Source: an uncultured Lachnospiraceae bacterium (GTDB lineage: Bacteria > Bacillota > Clostridia > Lachnospirales > Lachnospiraceae). Taken from it: a stretch of DNA of 64,000 nucleotides. The position numbers were made by a program, and so were the translations under genes. Under the pieces are notes generated by a model. That model was not told the DNA's origin and made no database searches. It saw only the letters and a list, made by a program, of their open reading frames with translations. Position 1 is the stretch's first letter; each line of letters begins with the position of its first letter. Location of the stretch: contig CADBEN010000002.1 in the NCBI GenBank assembly GCA_902793685.1, positions 129,904 through 193,903 of the forward strand, in the 5' to 3' direction. Positions 7,880 to 16,603 of this stretch are shown piece by piece.

Positions 7880-8428
7880 TTACAGTTTTCCGAACCGGAG
7901 GATCATCTGCGCCGTCTCCGGGAGAGTGCGGCCGGTTTCCATGCTGAGCTGCTGGAGATACCGGTGAGCTTCCGCTTCCGTGATGTTTTTCTGCTCCATG
8001 ATCCGCGCCTTCGCTGCCGCGATGTCCTGCTTCTGCTGTGCGGTGCGCTCCCCGGGCTTTCCCCGGCGGCTCTGACGCCTCCTCCGGAGCGCCTCCTCTG
8101 TCTCCCGCACTGCGCGGAGCAGCTCGCCGGTCCTGAGCGGGACCGGCAGATGGACGACGCCTTCCTCCACTCCTTCCGGAAGCCGGGACGGATTGCAGAC
8201 CAGGATCATGCCCCAGCCTGGCCCCAGTTCTCTCCGGAGCTGGGTGTAGACCATGTCACGGAACTGGTACGCGCAGATCATGATCCCGCCGCCGGTGTAT
8301 TCGGACAGATTCAGGGCGGATGCTCCCGAAAGCGCGGTGCCTGTGACAGGAAAACCGTTCCGGACAAGTACGCTCCGGATCGTCTTTACATCTTCTTCCC
8401 TGGGGAAGGCAACGATGCATCCTGCCAT
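7880..8428 (-). CDS. ANTAR-domain RNA-binding regulator with pseudo-receiver N-terminus
   Basis: C-terminal AAAKARIMEQKNITEAEAHRYLQQLSMETGRTLPETAQMIL matches the ANTAR pattern. GAAGGAG SD. It lies immediately downstream of glnA. Confidence 0.8.
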   Translation of the reverse strand: MAGCIVAFPREEDVKTIRSVLVRNGFPVTGTALSGASALNLSEYTGGGIMICAYQFRDMVYTQLRRELGPGWGMILVCNPSRLPEGVEEGVVHLPVPLRTGELLRAVRETEEALRRRRQSRRGKPGERTAQQKQDIAAAKARIMEQKNITEAEAHRYLQQLSMETGRTLPETAQMILRFGKL

Positions 8429-8506
8429 TCAAACTCCTTCGGAATCATCCGCCTCACTGCAGTTTCTTCTTCGTCAGACGCCAGGCCTTCGGCAGGCCTG
8501 TCTGCG

Positions 8507-9835
8507 TCAGACTTTAAACAGATACTCTTCCATCTCCCAGCTGGAAATGGAAGTGCGGTACTTTCTCCACTCTTCCTTCTTCGCGAGAAGGTATTTGCCG
8601 AAGGCATGGTTTCCGAGAACCATCCGGGCAAACTCGCTCTTCTCCATGAAGGCCAGCGCTTCGCCGAGAGTCTCCGGCAGCGCCTCGATCCCCAGCCTGC
8701 GGACCTCGTCCGCGGAAAGATCAAAGAGATTCTCGCGCATGCTCGGGGGCGGCGTCATCTTTTTCTCAATGCCGTCCAGCCCTGCGCAGAGGCAGGCCGC
8801 CATCGCCACATAGGGATTCGCCGCGGAATCCGGGCAGCGGAGCTCGATTCTTGTCTCCTCGCCTCTGGTGGAGGGGATGCGGATCAGCTGGCTGCGGTTC
8901 GACTGGGAGCTCCAGGCAATGCTGGTGGGCGCCTCAAAACCGGGCATCAGCCGCTTGTAGGAATTCACCAGGGGATTCGTCAGCGGAAGGATCTCCCGGA
9001 TGTGGAAGAGGATCCCGGCCATGAACTGATAGGCGATCTTCGAAAGACCGTTGGGATCCTTCGGATCCGCGAACATGTTCTTGCCTTTTTTGTTGCTCAG
9101 GCTCATGTTGATGTGCATGCCGCTGCCGTTCTCTCCCTCCAGGGGCTTCGGCATGAAGGTGGCGTGCATGCCGTGGCGCTTGCCGATGATCTTCGCCGCC
9201 ATCTTGAAGGTCATGACCATGTCCGCCGCAGCCATGGCGTCGACGTATTTGAAATCGATCTCGTGCTGGGACGGGGCGATCTCGTGATGGCTCGCCTCGA
9301 TTTCATAGCCCATGTCATTCATGTTGAGGATGATGTCGCGGCGCACATTCTCCGCCATGTCCAGATGGTCCACGTCGAAATAGCCGGCCTTGTCATAGGC
9401 TTTCACTTCCGGGCGTCCGTTCTCATCCGTGTGGAACAGGAAGAATTCGCACTCCGGCCCCACGTGGAAGGTGTAGCCCATCTTTTTCGCTTTCTCCACG
9501 GCTCTCCGGAGAATATAGCGCGGATCTCCCTCAAAGGGCGTTCCGTCGGGCATGTAGACGTCGCAGATCATCCGGGCGACCTTTCCCTGCTGCGGTCTCC
9601 AGGGCAGGATCTCGAAGGTGTTGAGATCGGGATGCAGGTACATGTCCGACTCCTCGACCCGCACAAAGCCCTCGATGCTGGATCCGTCAAACATGCAGCG
9701 GCCGTCCAGCGCCCGCTCCAGCTGGCTCGCGGTGATCGCGATGTTCTTGAAGATTCCGAACAGGTCCGTGAACTGGAGGCGGATGAACTCGACCTCCTCT
9801 TCCTCCACAATTCTGATGATTTCTTCTCCTGTCAT
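8507..9835 (-). CDS. glnA: Glutamine synthetase, type I
   Basis: Start trimmed to MTGEEIIRIVEEEEVEFIRLQFTDLFG (AGGGGGAG SD). GS-I sequence is conserved throughout (e.g. GSGMHINMSL, NRSQLIRIP). Confidence 0.95.
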   Translation of the reverse strand: MTGEEIIRIVEEEEVEFIRLQFTDLFGIFKNIAITASQLERALDGRCMFDGSSIEGFVRVEESDMYLHPDLNTFEILPWRPQQGKVARMICDVYMPDGTPFEGDPRYILRRAVEKAKKMGYTFHVGPECEFFLFHTDENGRPEVKAYDKAGYFDVDHLDMAENVRRDIILNMNDMGYEIEASHHEIAPSQHEIDFKYVDAMAAADMVMTFKMAAKIIGKRHGMHATFMPKPLEGENGSGMHINMSLSNKKGKNMFADPKDPNGLSKIAYQFMAGILFHIREILPLTNPLVNSYKRLMPGFEAPTSIAWSSQSNRSQLIRIPSTRGEETRIELRCPDSAANPYVAMAACLCAGLDGIEKKMTPPPSMRENLFDLSADEVRRLGIEALPETLGEALAFMEKSEFARMVLGNHAFGKYLLAKKEEWRKYRTSISSWEMEEYLFKV

Positions 9836-9853
9836 GTGCTCCCCCTGATTCTG

Positions 9854-9989
9854 CAGGATCCGCCGGCGTTCCGGCAGATCCTGTCCGCCGCTGTCCCCGC
9901 CACGGCTTCCGCCGTTCTGCACGGCCCGGGACATTGGCATGTATTCTGATTTATAAGGCGAAAGGGCCCCTTGTAAGGGCCCCTTTGCC
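9854..9989 (-). promoter_or_regulatory. Structured glnA 5' leader (three hairpins)
   Basis: Hairpin 1 at 9957-9989: 12 bp with one A-C mismatch, followed by UUAUAAAU. Hairpin 2: GCCGU/ACGGC stem. Hairpin 3 at 9854-9883: 13-bp stem CAGGAUCUGCCGG-AACG-CCGGCGGAUCCUG, located 9 nt upstream of the SD. Confidence 0.5.
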
Positions 9990-9997
9990 TGAGCAAT

Positions 9998-10026
9998 ATC
10001 ATATCAGTTTCGAAAAAACGTGTCAA
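9998..10026 (-). promoter_or_regulatory. Sigma-A-type promoter for glnA
   Basis: Minus strand: TTGACA, 17 nt, TATGAT. The -35 abuts the stop codon of the upstream gene. Confidence 0.6.
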
Positions 10027-11139
10027 TCATTGAGCATTTTCTTCCGCCTGCCGCGCCTTCTCTTCCTCCGCCTTCCGTTTCTCTTTCTTCTCTCTTCTCC
10101 GGCGGAGCAGCCTGCGGACCACCGCCATGACGATGCCGACGAAGACCGCCAGCAGCGCGATCACGGGAAGCAGGCTGACAAGGCCCACCAGCAGATCCTC
10201 AAAGAACTCCGCCAGGCCGTCCAGAGTATCCTGCAGTCCGCGGATCATGCGGCTCACGACACTCTCCTTCTCCTGGGGCGTCGGGCTGTAGGTCTTCACC
10301 TCGCTGAGGTTCAGGTTGACCGTCGCGTAATCCACCTGGTTGTCATACAGCCGGAGCTGGGAATTGAAGTTGTCCAGCTGATATTCGATCTCGCTGATGC
10401 GGCTCTGGATGGTGATGACCGCGTCCACGGACTCCGCCTGGGCCAGCAGCTCCCAGAGGCGGGAGCGCTCGGTCTCCAGGGATTTCTTCCTGCTCTCGAT
10501 GTCCATGTACTGGAGGGTCATGTCGCTGACGCTCTCGCTCTTCGAGGTCACGTTGCCGTTCTCGGACACATTCGTCACGAATTCGTCCAGGCGCTTCGCG
10601 GGCACTCTCGCCGTGATGTTCGCGGTGCGGCCGATGTAGGTGCCGCTGCCCTGGCGCTTTTTCTGGAGAGATTCGCCCTCGATCCAGGAATTCTCGATGT
10701 AGCCGCCGAGGTTCTCCACCTTTGCGCTGATGTTGCTGACCAGAGTATCGAACTCCATGGTCTCAATGCCCATGCTGACATTCTTGATGAGCTTCCGCTC
10801 AGGCGCCGGGATCTCCCCGACGGTACTGCCGCTCCCGGAGGATGCAGCCGCCGATGCCGCCGCAGTCTCAGCGACCATGTAGTCCATTGCCGCTTCCGCC
10901 TCCATGGCAGGCGCCATCGCCGCGTTCTTCTGCATGGCCCCGCCGGCCATAATGCCATTTCCGGCATATCTGGCCTCGTCCACCGCATAGTAGCTGTCCG
11001 TCATCGGCCCGGCGGATCCGGCCCTGCCGATGCCGAACAGGAACGAGGCAGCCATGCCAAACACAAAAACGATCAGGCAGGCGATCCCCACCGGGATCAG
11101 TACCCTTCTCACAATCTTTTTTTCCTTGTTTTCCATCAT
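10027..11139 (-). CDS. DUF4349-like membrane-anchored protein
   Basis: N-terminal and C-terminal TM helices flank a coiled-coil region (ERKLIKNVSMGIETMEFDTL..., TARVPAKRLDEFV). Start chosen at the ATG after the GGGAGGA SD. Confidence 0.65.
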   Translation of the reverse strand: MMENKEKKIVRRVLIPVGIACLIVFVFGMAASFLFGIGRAGSAGPMTDSYYAVDEARYAGNGIMAGGAMQKNAAMAPAMEAEAAMDYMVAETAAASAAASSGSGSTVGEIPAPERKLIKNVSMGIETMEFDTLVSNISAKVENLGGYIENSWIEGESLQKKRQGSGTYIGRTANITARVPAKRLDEFVTNVSENGNVTSKSESVSDMTLQYMDIESRKKSLETERSRLWELLAQAESVDAVITIQSRISEIEYQLDNFNSQLRLYDNQVDYATVNLNLSEVKTYSPTPQEKESVVSRMIRGLQDTLDGLAEFFEDLLVGLVSLLPVIALLAVFVGIVMAVVRRLLRRRREKKEKRKAEEEKARQAEENAQ

Positions 11140-11265
11140 ACGTCCTCCCACAAACATTTTGGAATGCTGACGTAATTATCTTATCATGGCAGGTTTTTAT
11201 TTGATTTCAGAACCGAATAAAACTTGATTAATGTTTTCTTACTTTCCCCGTATGGAAAAACCGGC

Positions 11266-11296
11266 AAAAAAAGCCCGGGAAGCTTGCTCACCGGGC
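11266..11296 (-). terminator. Rho-independent terminator after nadE
   Basis: GCCCGG / CCGGGC stem followed by T7 on the minus strand, 18 nt after the nadE stop. Confidence 0.6.
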
Positions 11297-11314
11297 AGTT
11301 CTTACTCATTTCTT

Positions 11315-12100
11315 TCAGATGGCTTTCTGGGATCCTTCGCCGGGCTTGTAGTTCGGCATGAGCTGCAGCTTGTGCAGGTTCAGGCGGTGCATCCGGTCGA
11401 TCTTCTTCCGGATCTCCTCGTCCGGGCACTCGCCGGTCAGGACATAGTGGTCGAGGGCGGCATAGGTGAAGCCGATCTTATCCTCGTCCGACATGCCGCT
11501 GAGACCGTCGGAGGGCGTCTTCTTCGTCAGGCGGTCCGGCAGGCCCAGCACCTCGCCGATCTGGATCACTTCATGGACCAGCAGGTTCATCAGCGGGCTG
11601 AAATCACCTGCCGCATCGCCGAACTTCGTGGAATAGCCGATCCAGTCCTCGGAGCGGTTGCAGGTGTTGGCGACGCGGCCGCCGTTCGGCAGTGCCTGTC
11701 CGATGGCGTAAAGCGTGCTCATGCGGAGACGCGGCGGCAGATTGATCTCGGAATCCCGGGAGAGCTTTTCGCAGCCGGGGACGCCGCCCCCGGCGAGGGC
11801 GCTGTTGATGGCGCCGAACAGTCCCTTGAATCCGTCCTGGATGTTGACGGTCACATGCCGGATCCCCAGCAGGTTCACGATCTCCTCCGAATCCGCGATG
11901 TCGCTCTGCACGCCGTTCGGCATCATGACGCCCACCACGCGCTCCGGTCCCAGGGCTTCCTTTAAGAGAGCCGCGACGACGCTGGAATCCTTGCCGCCGG
12001 AAACGCCGACCACCGCGCTGCATTTCGGGCCGTTGGCCTCAAAATAGTCCCGGATCCACTGTACGATCTCATTTTTTGTCTTTACCGGATCTGTAAGCAT
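11315..12100 (-). CDS. nadE: NH3-dependent NAD+ synthetase
   Basis: PP-loop GVSGGKDSSV. Typical NadE length. AAGGGGGA SD. Confidence 0.9.
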   Translation of the reverse strand: MLTDPVKTKNEIVQWIRDYFEANGPKCSAVVGVSGGKDSSVVAALLKEALGPERVVGVMMPNGVQSDIADSEEIVNLLGIRHVTVNIQDGFKGLFGAINSALAGGGVPGCEKLSRDSEINLPPRLRMSTLYAIGQALPNGGRVANTCNRSEDWIGYSTKFGDAAGDFSPLMNLLVHEVIQIGEVLGLPDRLTKKTPSDGLSGMSDEDKIGFTYAALDHYVLTGECPDEEIRKKIDRMHRLNLHKLQLMPNYKPGEGSQKAI

Positions 12101-12103
12101 TTG

Positions 12104-13090
12104 TTATTCCCCCTTTGCTTTTCCGTCTTCCGCATCCGTCCCGGGCCCGGCAGCGCTCTCTGCGGCGCCCGCCGTCTCTTCCCCGGGAAACAGGATGCCC
12201 CGCTTGAAATACTGGATCATTTCATTTCCGACGCTGAACATATTCGGATTCTCAGGCACGTCCTTCCGCTCATACCAGGCTGCCTCGCAGAGTTCGTCCC
12301 GCTGCAGCGTGATGTCCTCCGGACCGTCCAGTTCCGCCGTGTATCCCAGCATCAGAGAATCCGAGAAGGCCCAGGGCTGTGCCTTGTAGGGGCGGATGTT
12401 CTTCACATGGATCCCGCACTCCTCGAACACCTCGCGGCGCACCGTATCCTCCGGCGTCTCTCCGACCTCGACGAAGCCTGCGATCAGCGCCTTCCGCCGG
12501 TAGCTGCCGGCGTTCCGCGTATAGCGGGTCAGAAGGATCCTGTTCTTGTTCCGGACCGCCACAATGACGGCAGGACTGATCTTCGAATATTCCGTCAGCC
12601 GGCAGGCCGGGCAGACCATGGCCCGCTCCGTCCCGGAATGGACGGTCTTCGTCCCGCATCGTCCGCAGTATTTCCTCTGGTCGTAAAAGCGCCAGATCTG
12701 GCTCGCGCTCACGGCGATGAACGCCTCGGGCTGAGACGCGAAAAAGCGGAACCGGCTGGTCTCGAAGAAGCGGAATCCCTGGCTCAGCATCCGTTCCGTC
12801 ACGAAGGAGGACGGACACAGGAACCAGTCCTGGTCGTCTACCCGGAACAGATACCGTGCTCTCCCGGCCAGTCCCATGAAGGACAGGCCGGCATCGACCG
12901 CGTCCCGGAACGAGAGCAGGCGGGATTCGTCTGTCTCCCCGTCCTCCGGGCCGGGGAGATCATCCGCAAGCTCGCGGGCCATGACAAGCACACCCCGGCT
13001 GTCACAGATGATCAGCCCTGAATCCATGCATGGCCGCCGGTCAGTGCGGTATTCGATATGCAGTTTCTTCGGAGCGATTTCCTGGATCAT
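12104..13090 (-). CDS. nudC: NADH pyrophosphatase (Nudix, zinc-ribbon type)
   Basis: Zinc ribbon CGRCGTK...CPAC followed by the Nudix box GFVEVGETPEDTVRREVFEECG. ATGA overlap with pncB. Confidence 0.8.
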   Translation of the reverse strand: MIQEIAPKKLHIEYRTDRRPCMDSGLIICDSRGVLVMARELADDLPGPEDGETDESRLLSFRDAVDAGLSFMGLAGRARYLFRVDDQDWFLCPSSFVTERMLSQGFRFFETSRFRFFASQPEAFIAVSASQIWRFYDQRKYCGRCGTKTVHSGTERAMVCPACRLTEYSKISPAVIVAVRNKNRILLTRYTRNAGSYRRKALIAGFVEVGETPEDTVRREVFEECGIHVKNIRPYKAQPWAFSDSLMLGYTAELDGPEDITLQRDELCEAAWYERKDVPENPNMFSVGNEMIQYFKRGILFPGEETAGAAESAAGPGTDAEDGKAKGE

Positions 13091-14550
13091 GACTGTGTAG
13101 ACTCCCCAAACTGGTAATGCTCAAGCAGATCGTTCTTCAGGTTCCAGAGCTTCTTTGAAAGGTCCACGTAGGTCTGGTGCGGGTACTTGAAACGCTTGGA
13201 CTCTTCCCAGAGGGAAGCCAGCTCCTTCTTGCAGAACTCGCGGATCTCCATGACCTTCGGGCTCTCGTAGACACACTCGCCGTCCTTGAAGATCGGAACC
13301 AGGATCTCCTTCATGGTGTAGGCACCGGCCTTCAGGAAGGTCTTCTTCCAGTTCTCGATGGGGTCGAAGATCATGAGCGGCTTCGAGCTGTCGAACTTCT
13401 CTCCCACCAGGCAGATCAGGTCCGCGATGATCATTCCTTCTTCGTCATAGATGCGGTAGATGGTCTTGTTGCCCGGGTTCGTGATCTTCTCCGCATTCTC
13501 GGAGATCTTGATCTTCGGGATGAAGGCGCCCGTCTTCTTGTCCTGGATCGCAGCCAGCTTGTATACGCCGCCGAATGCCGGCCAGTCTTTGCTGGTGATC
13601 ATGTTGGTGCCGACGCCCCAGGAATTGATGGTGGCCCCCTGCTCCTTCAGGGACTGGATCAGGTTCTCGTCCAGGTCGTTGGAGGCAGAGATGACGGCGT
13701 CGGTGAAGCCCTCCGCGTCCAGGGCCGCCTTGACCTTCTTGGACAGGTAGGCAAGGTCGCCGCTGTCCATGCGGATGCCGTACTTCTTTGACTTGATGCC
13801 CGCGTCGCGCATCTCCTTGAAGACGGTGATGGCGTTCTTAAGGCCGCTGTCCAGGGTATCGTAGGTATCGATGAGGAGGATGCAGGCATCCGGGAACAGC
13901 TTCGCGTAGGCGCGGAATGCCGTCAGCTCATCCGGGAAGCTCATGATCCAGGAGTGGGCGTGGGTGCCGCTGACCGGAACGTCGAACATCTTTCCGCAGA
14001 GCACGTTGCTGGTGCCGATACAGCCGGCGATCATGGCGGCGCGGGCGCCGTAGATTCCCGCATCCGGTCCCTGGGCGCGGCGGCAGCCGAACTCCATGAC
14101 GCCGTCGCCGCGGGCCGCGCGGACCACGCGGGAGGTCTTCGTGGCGATCAGGCACTGATGGTTCACGATGTTCAGCAGCGCGGTCTCAATGAGCTGCGCC
14201 TGCATGATGGGCGCCACGACCTTGACCAGGGGCTCTCTCGGGAAGATGACGCTGCCTTCGGGGATCGCGTAGATGTCGCCCGTGAATTTGAACACCTTCA
14301 GATAATCCAGGAACTCCTTCTCGAAAATGTTCAGTCCCGCAAGGTACTCAATGTCCTCGTCGGTGAAATGCAGGTTCTTGATATATTCGATCACCTGCTC
14401 CAGTCCCGCACAGATCGCGTAGCCGCCGTTCTCCGGGTTGGTCCGGTAGAACATATCAAAAATGACGGTCTCGTTCATGCCCGCATTTTCAAAATATCCC
14501 TGCATCATTGTCAGTTCGTACAGATCTGTCAGAAGCGTGAGGTTTCTCAT
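13087..14550 (-). CDS. pncB: Nicotinate phosphoribosyltransferase
   Basis: 487 aa. LTDLYELTMMQGYF N-terminus and a conserved NAPRTase core. Confidence 0.9.
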   Translation of the reverse strand: MRNLTLLTDLYELTMMQGYFENAGMNETVIFDMFYRTNPENGGYAICAGLEQVIEYIKNLHFTDEDIEYLAGLNIFEKEFLDYLKVFKFTGDIYAIPEGSVIFPREPLVKVVAPIMQAQLIETALLNIVNHQCLIATKTSRVVRAARGDGVMEFGCRRAQGPDAGIYGARAAMIAGCIGTSNVLCGKMFDVPVSGTHAHSWIMSFPDELTAFRAYAKLFPDACILLIDTYDTLDSGLKNAITVFKEMRDAGIKSKKYGIRMDSGDLAYLSKKVKAALDAEGFTDAVISASNDLDENLIQSLKEQGATINSWGVGTNMITSKDWPAFGGVYKLAAIQDKKTGAFIPKIKISENAEKITNPGNKTIYRIYDEEGMIIADLICLVGEKFDSSKPLMIFDPIENWKKTFLKAGAYTMKEILVPIFKDGECVYESPKVMEIREFCKKELASLWEESKRFKYPHQTYVDLSKKLWNLKNDLLEHYQFGESTQS

Positions 14551-14686
14551 AACTCCGTCCTTTTTTTAGAATTGTTTCAAGGTTTACATGCATCCTATCT
14601 ATTGTATCATATATTATTTCGATTATATACAGCTTCGGCCGCCGGATCCGTTTTGTTTCCGTGATCCGGCGGCCTGATGCTTTCTT

Positions 14687-16573
14687 TTATTTCTGTACGC
14701 CCTCGGCGATGGAGCCGTCGCGGTACGCCTCCAGCAGTTCCTTCAGGTCGTCGATCTGGTTCGCGATCTCCTTGCCCTTGTCCGTGTCTCCGATCATGAC
14801 GCGGTAAGGCTCCAACTCGAACTGGGTAGCCCGGGACTCGATGTCCAGGTTCTCGTCGATGACCTTCTCGACGCTCTCAAAAGGCTCGTGGGACTTGAGC
14901 CGCATGCCGTGGGAATTGTAGATCAGGGTGTAGCCCGCGATTCCCGTGGTCTTGTGGTAAGGCGTGCTGAAGCCGCCGTCGATGACGATCAGCTTGCCGC
15001 CGCACTTGATGGGGTTCTCCCCCTCGGACGCGTGCACCGGCGTGTGGCCGTTGATGATGTGGGACAGGTCGGACTTCAGGCCGAAATCCCGGAGGATCAT
15101 GCGGGCCATAGCCTCGGAGTTCAGGTGCGCGTAGTACGGATCCTGGGGCTCCTTCCAGCTGGACTTGTCGTCGATGTAGGTCCGCTCGAAGGTCTTCAGG
15201 ACGCGGCCGCACATCGGAGACTTGGTGCCGCCCCAGAGATACCACATGTAGTCCAGGTGGCGCTGCTTGCGGCCGAGGAAGGCCTGGCGCGCCACGCGCT
15301 CGCAGCAGTCAAAGTAGGAACGTCCCCGGTGGAACTGGCCGAAGAAGTTCATCTCCACCATCTCTCCGCTGTCCGTCAGCGGGACACAGCCGTGGAACAG
15401 GAGATTGTCGTTCATGCAGCGGTATACGCTGCCCACCGCGTAGAGGAATTCGATGTGCTTCCTGAGCCGCGGGCTGTGGGTGAAGGAGTTGCGGAGGTTC
15501 TCCATGACCGCCTCTTCTTCTTCCGAAAGCCTGTAAGGATCTGCCCAGTCGATGGTCGGGAATTCCGTCGTGTTGATGGGATAGACGTTCTCGCCGATGG
15601 TGACGGTCTGCTCCTCGATATTGATCTTCTCCAGAAGGTTCCGGTCAGTCATCTCATATTCCGGATGGCGCAGGATGACCTGGCCCTCTGTCTTGAAGAG
15701 CATGACGTTGATGGCCTTGATCATGGCCTTCTCCGGCTCTCCGGTGTAGTACTTCTCCGCGAACAGCTGGAGGTTCCGGAGGCTGATGCCGTAGCCGTTC
15801 TCCAGGATGCGGATGTTGTGATAGCGGACGTTGTTCCTGATCACGTTGCAGATGCAGGGGTCGCTGCCGCAGGCCGCTCCCATCCAGAGCACGTCGTGGT
15901 TGCCCCACTGGATGTCCAGCGAGGGGTGCTCCATCAGGAGATCGATGATCTTGTCGGCGTCGGCGCCGCGGTCAAACAGGTCTCCGACGATGTGGAGGTG
16001 ATCCACCGCGAGACGCTTGATCAGGCGGGACAGGGCGATGATGAACTCATCCCCGTTCTGGATCCCGATGATGGTATCCAGGATCTCCGCGTGGTACTGG
16101 AACTGGTTGTCGTCCTCATCGTTCTGCGCGTGCAGGAGCTCGTCGATGATATAGCCGAACTCCTTCGGCATGGCCTTTCTCACCTTGGAGCGGGTGTACT
16201 TTGAGGAGACGACCTTGGCGATCTCGATCATCTGCCGCAGGGTCTTCCGGTACCAGGCCGGGGAGATCTTCCCCTGCGCGTGAAGCCTGCTGAGCTTCTG
16301 CTCCGGATAGTAGATCAGGGTCCGGAGATCCCGCTGCTCCTGCTCCGTCAGCGTATCCCTGAAGATCATCTCGATCTTCTCGCGGATAACGCCGGAGCAG
16401 TTGTTCATGATGTGGAGGAATGCATTGTACTCGCCGTGCAGGTCACTCATGAAATGCTCTGTGCCCTTCGGCAGGTTCAGGATCGCGGACAGGTTGATGA
16501 TCTCAGTGCAGACAGACTGCTGCGTCGGAAATTTTTCCGCCAGAAGTCCAAGATATTTCTGTTCCAGATTCAT
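14687..16573 (-). CDS. fbp: Fructose-1,6-bisphosphatase, class 3
   Basis: 628 aa. FMSDLHGEY and WGNHD metallophosphatase motifs, typical of Firmicutes Fbp. Confidence 0.9.
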   Translation of the reverse strand: MNLEQKYLGLLAEKFPTQQSVCTEIINLSAILNLPKGTEHFMSDLHGEYNAFLHIMNNCSGVIREKIEMIFRDTLTEQEQRDLRTLIYYPEQKLSRLHAQGKISPAWYRKTLRQMIEIAKVVSSKYTRSKVRKAMPKEFGYIIDELLHAQNDEDDNQFQYHAEILDTIIGIQNGDEFIIALSRLIKRLAVDHLHIVGDLFDRGADADKIIDLLMEHPSLDIQWGNHDVLWMGAACGSDPCICNVIRNNVRYHNIRILENGYGISLRNLQLFAEKYYTGEPEKAMIKAINVMLFKTEGQVILRHPEYEMTDRNLLEKINIEEQTVTIGENVYPINTTEFPTIDWADPYRLSEEEEAVMENLRNSFTHSPRLRKHIEFLYAVGSVYRCMNDNLLFHGCVPLTDSGEMVEMNFFGQFHRGRSYFDCCERVARQAFLGRKQRHLDYMWYLWGGTKSPMCGRVLKTFERTYIDDKSSWKEPQDPYYAHLNSEAMARMILRDFGLKSDLSHIINGHTPVHASEGENPIKCGGKLIVIDGGFSTPYHKTTGIAGYTLIYNSHGMRLKSHEPFESVEKVIDENLDIESRATQFELEPYRVMIGDTDKGKEIANQIDDLKELLEAYRDGSIAEGVQK

Positions 16574-16603
16574 GATGTCCCCTTTGCTGTGATTATGCTG
16601 AGG

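Noticed and set aside
9836-9940. N-terminal extensions of track ORFs: glnA +35 aa, purD +29 aa, trmD +31 aa, argF +22 aa, tyrS +11 aa, HAD +23 aa, fprA +27 aa, TraX +49 aa.
   Set aside because: The extensions are Arg/Gly-rich and have no SD. They overlap upstream genes or mapped promoter elements. Internal ATGs with good SDs give N-termini that match the conserved family starts.
7838-9949. 703-aa ORF on the plus strand.
   Set aside because: It lies antisense to the ANTAR gene and glnA. Shadow ORF.
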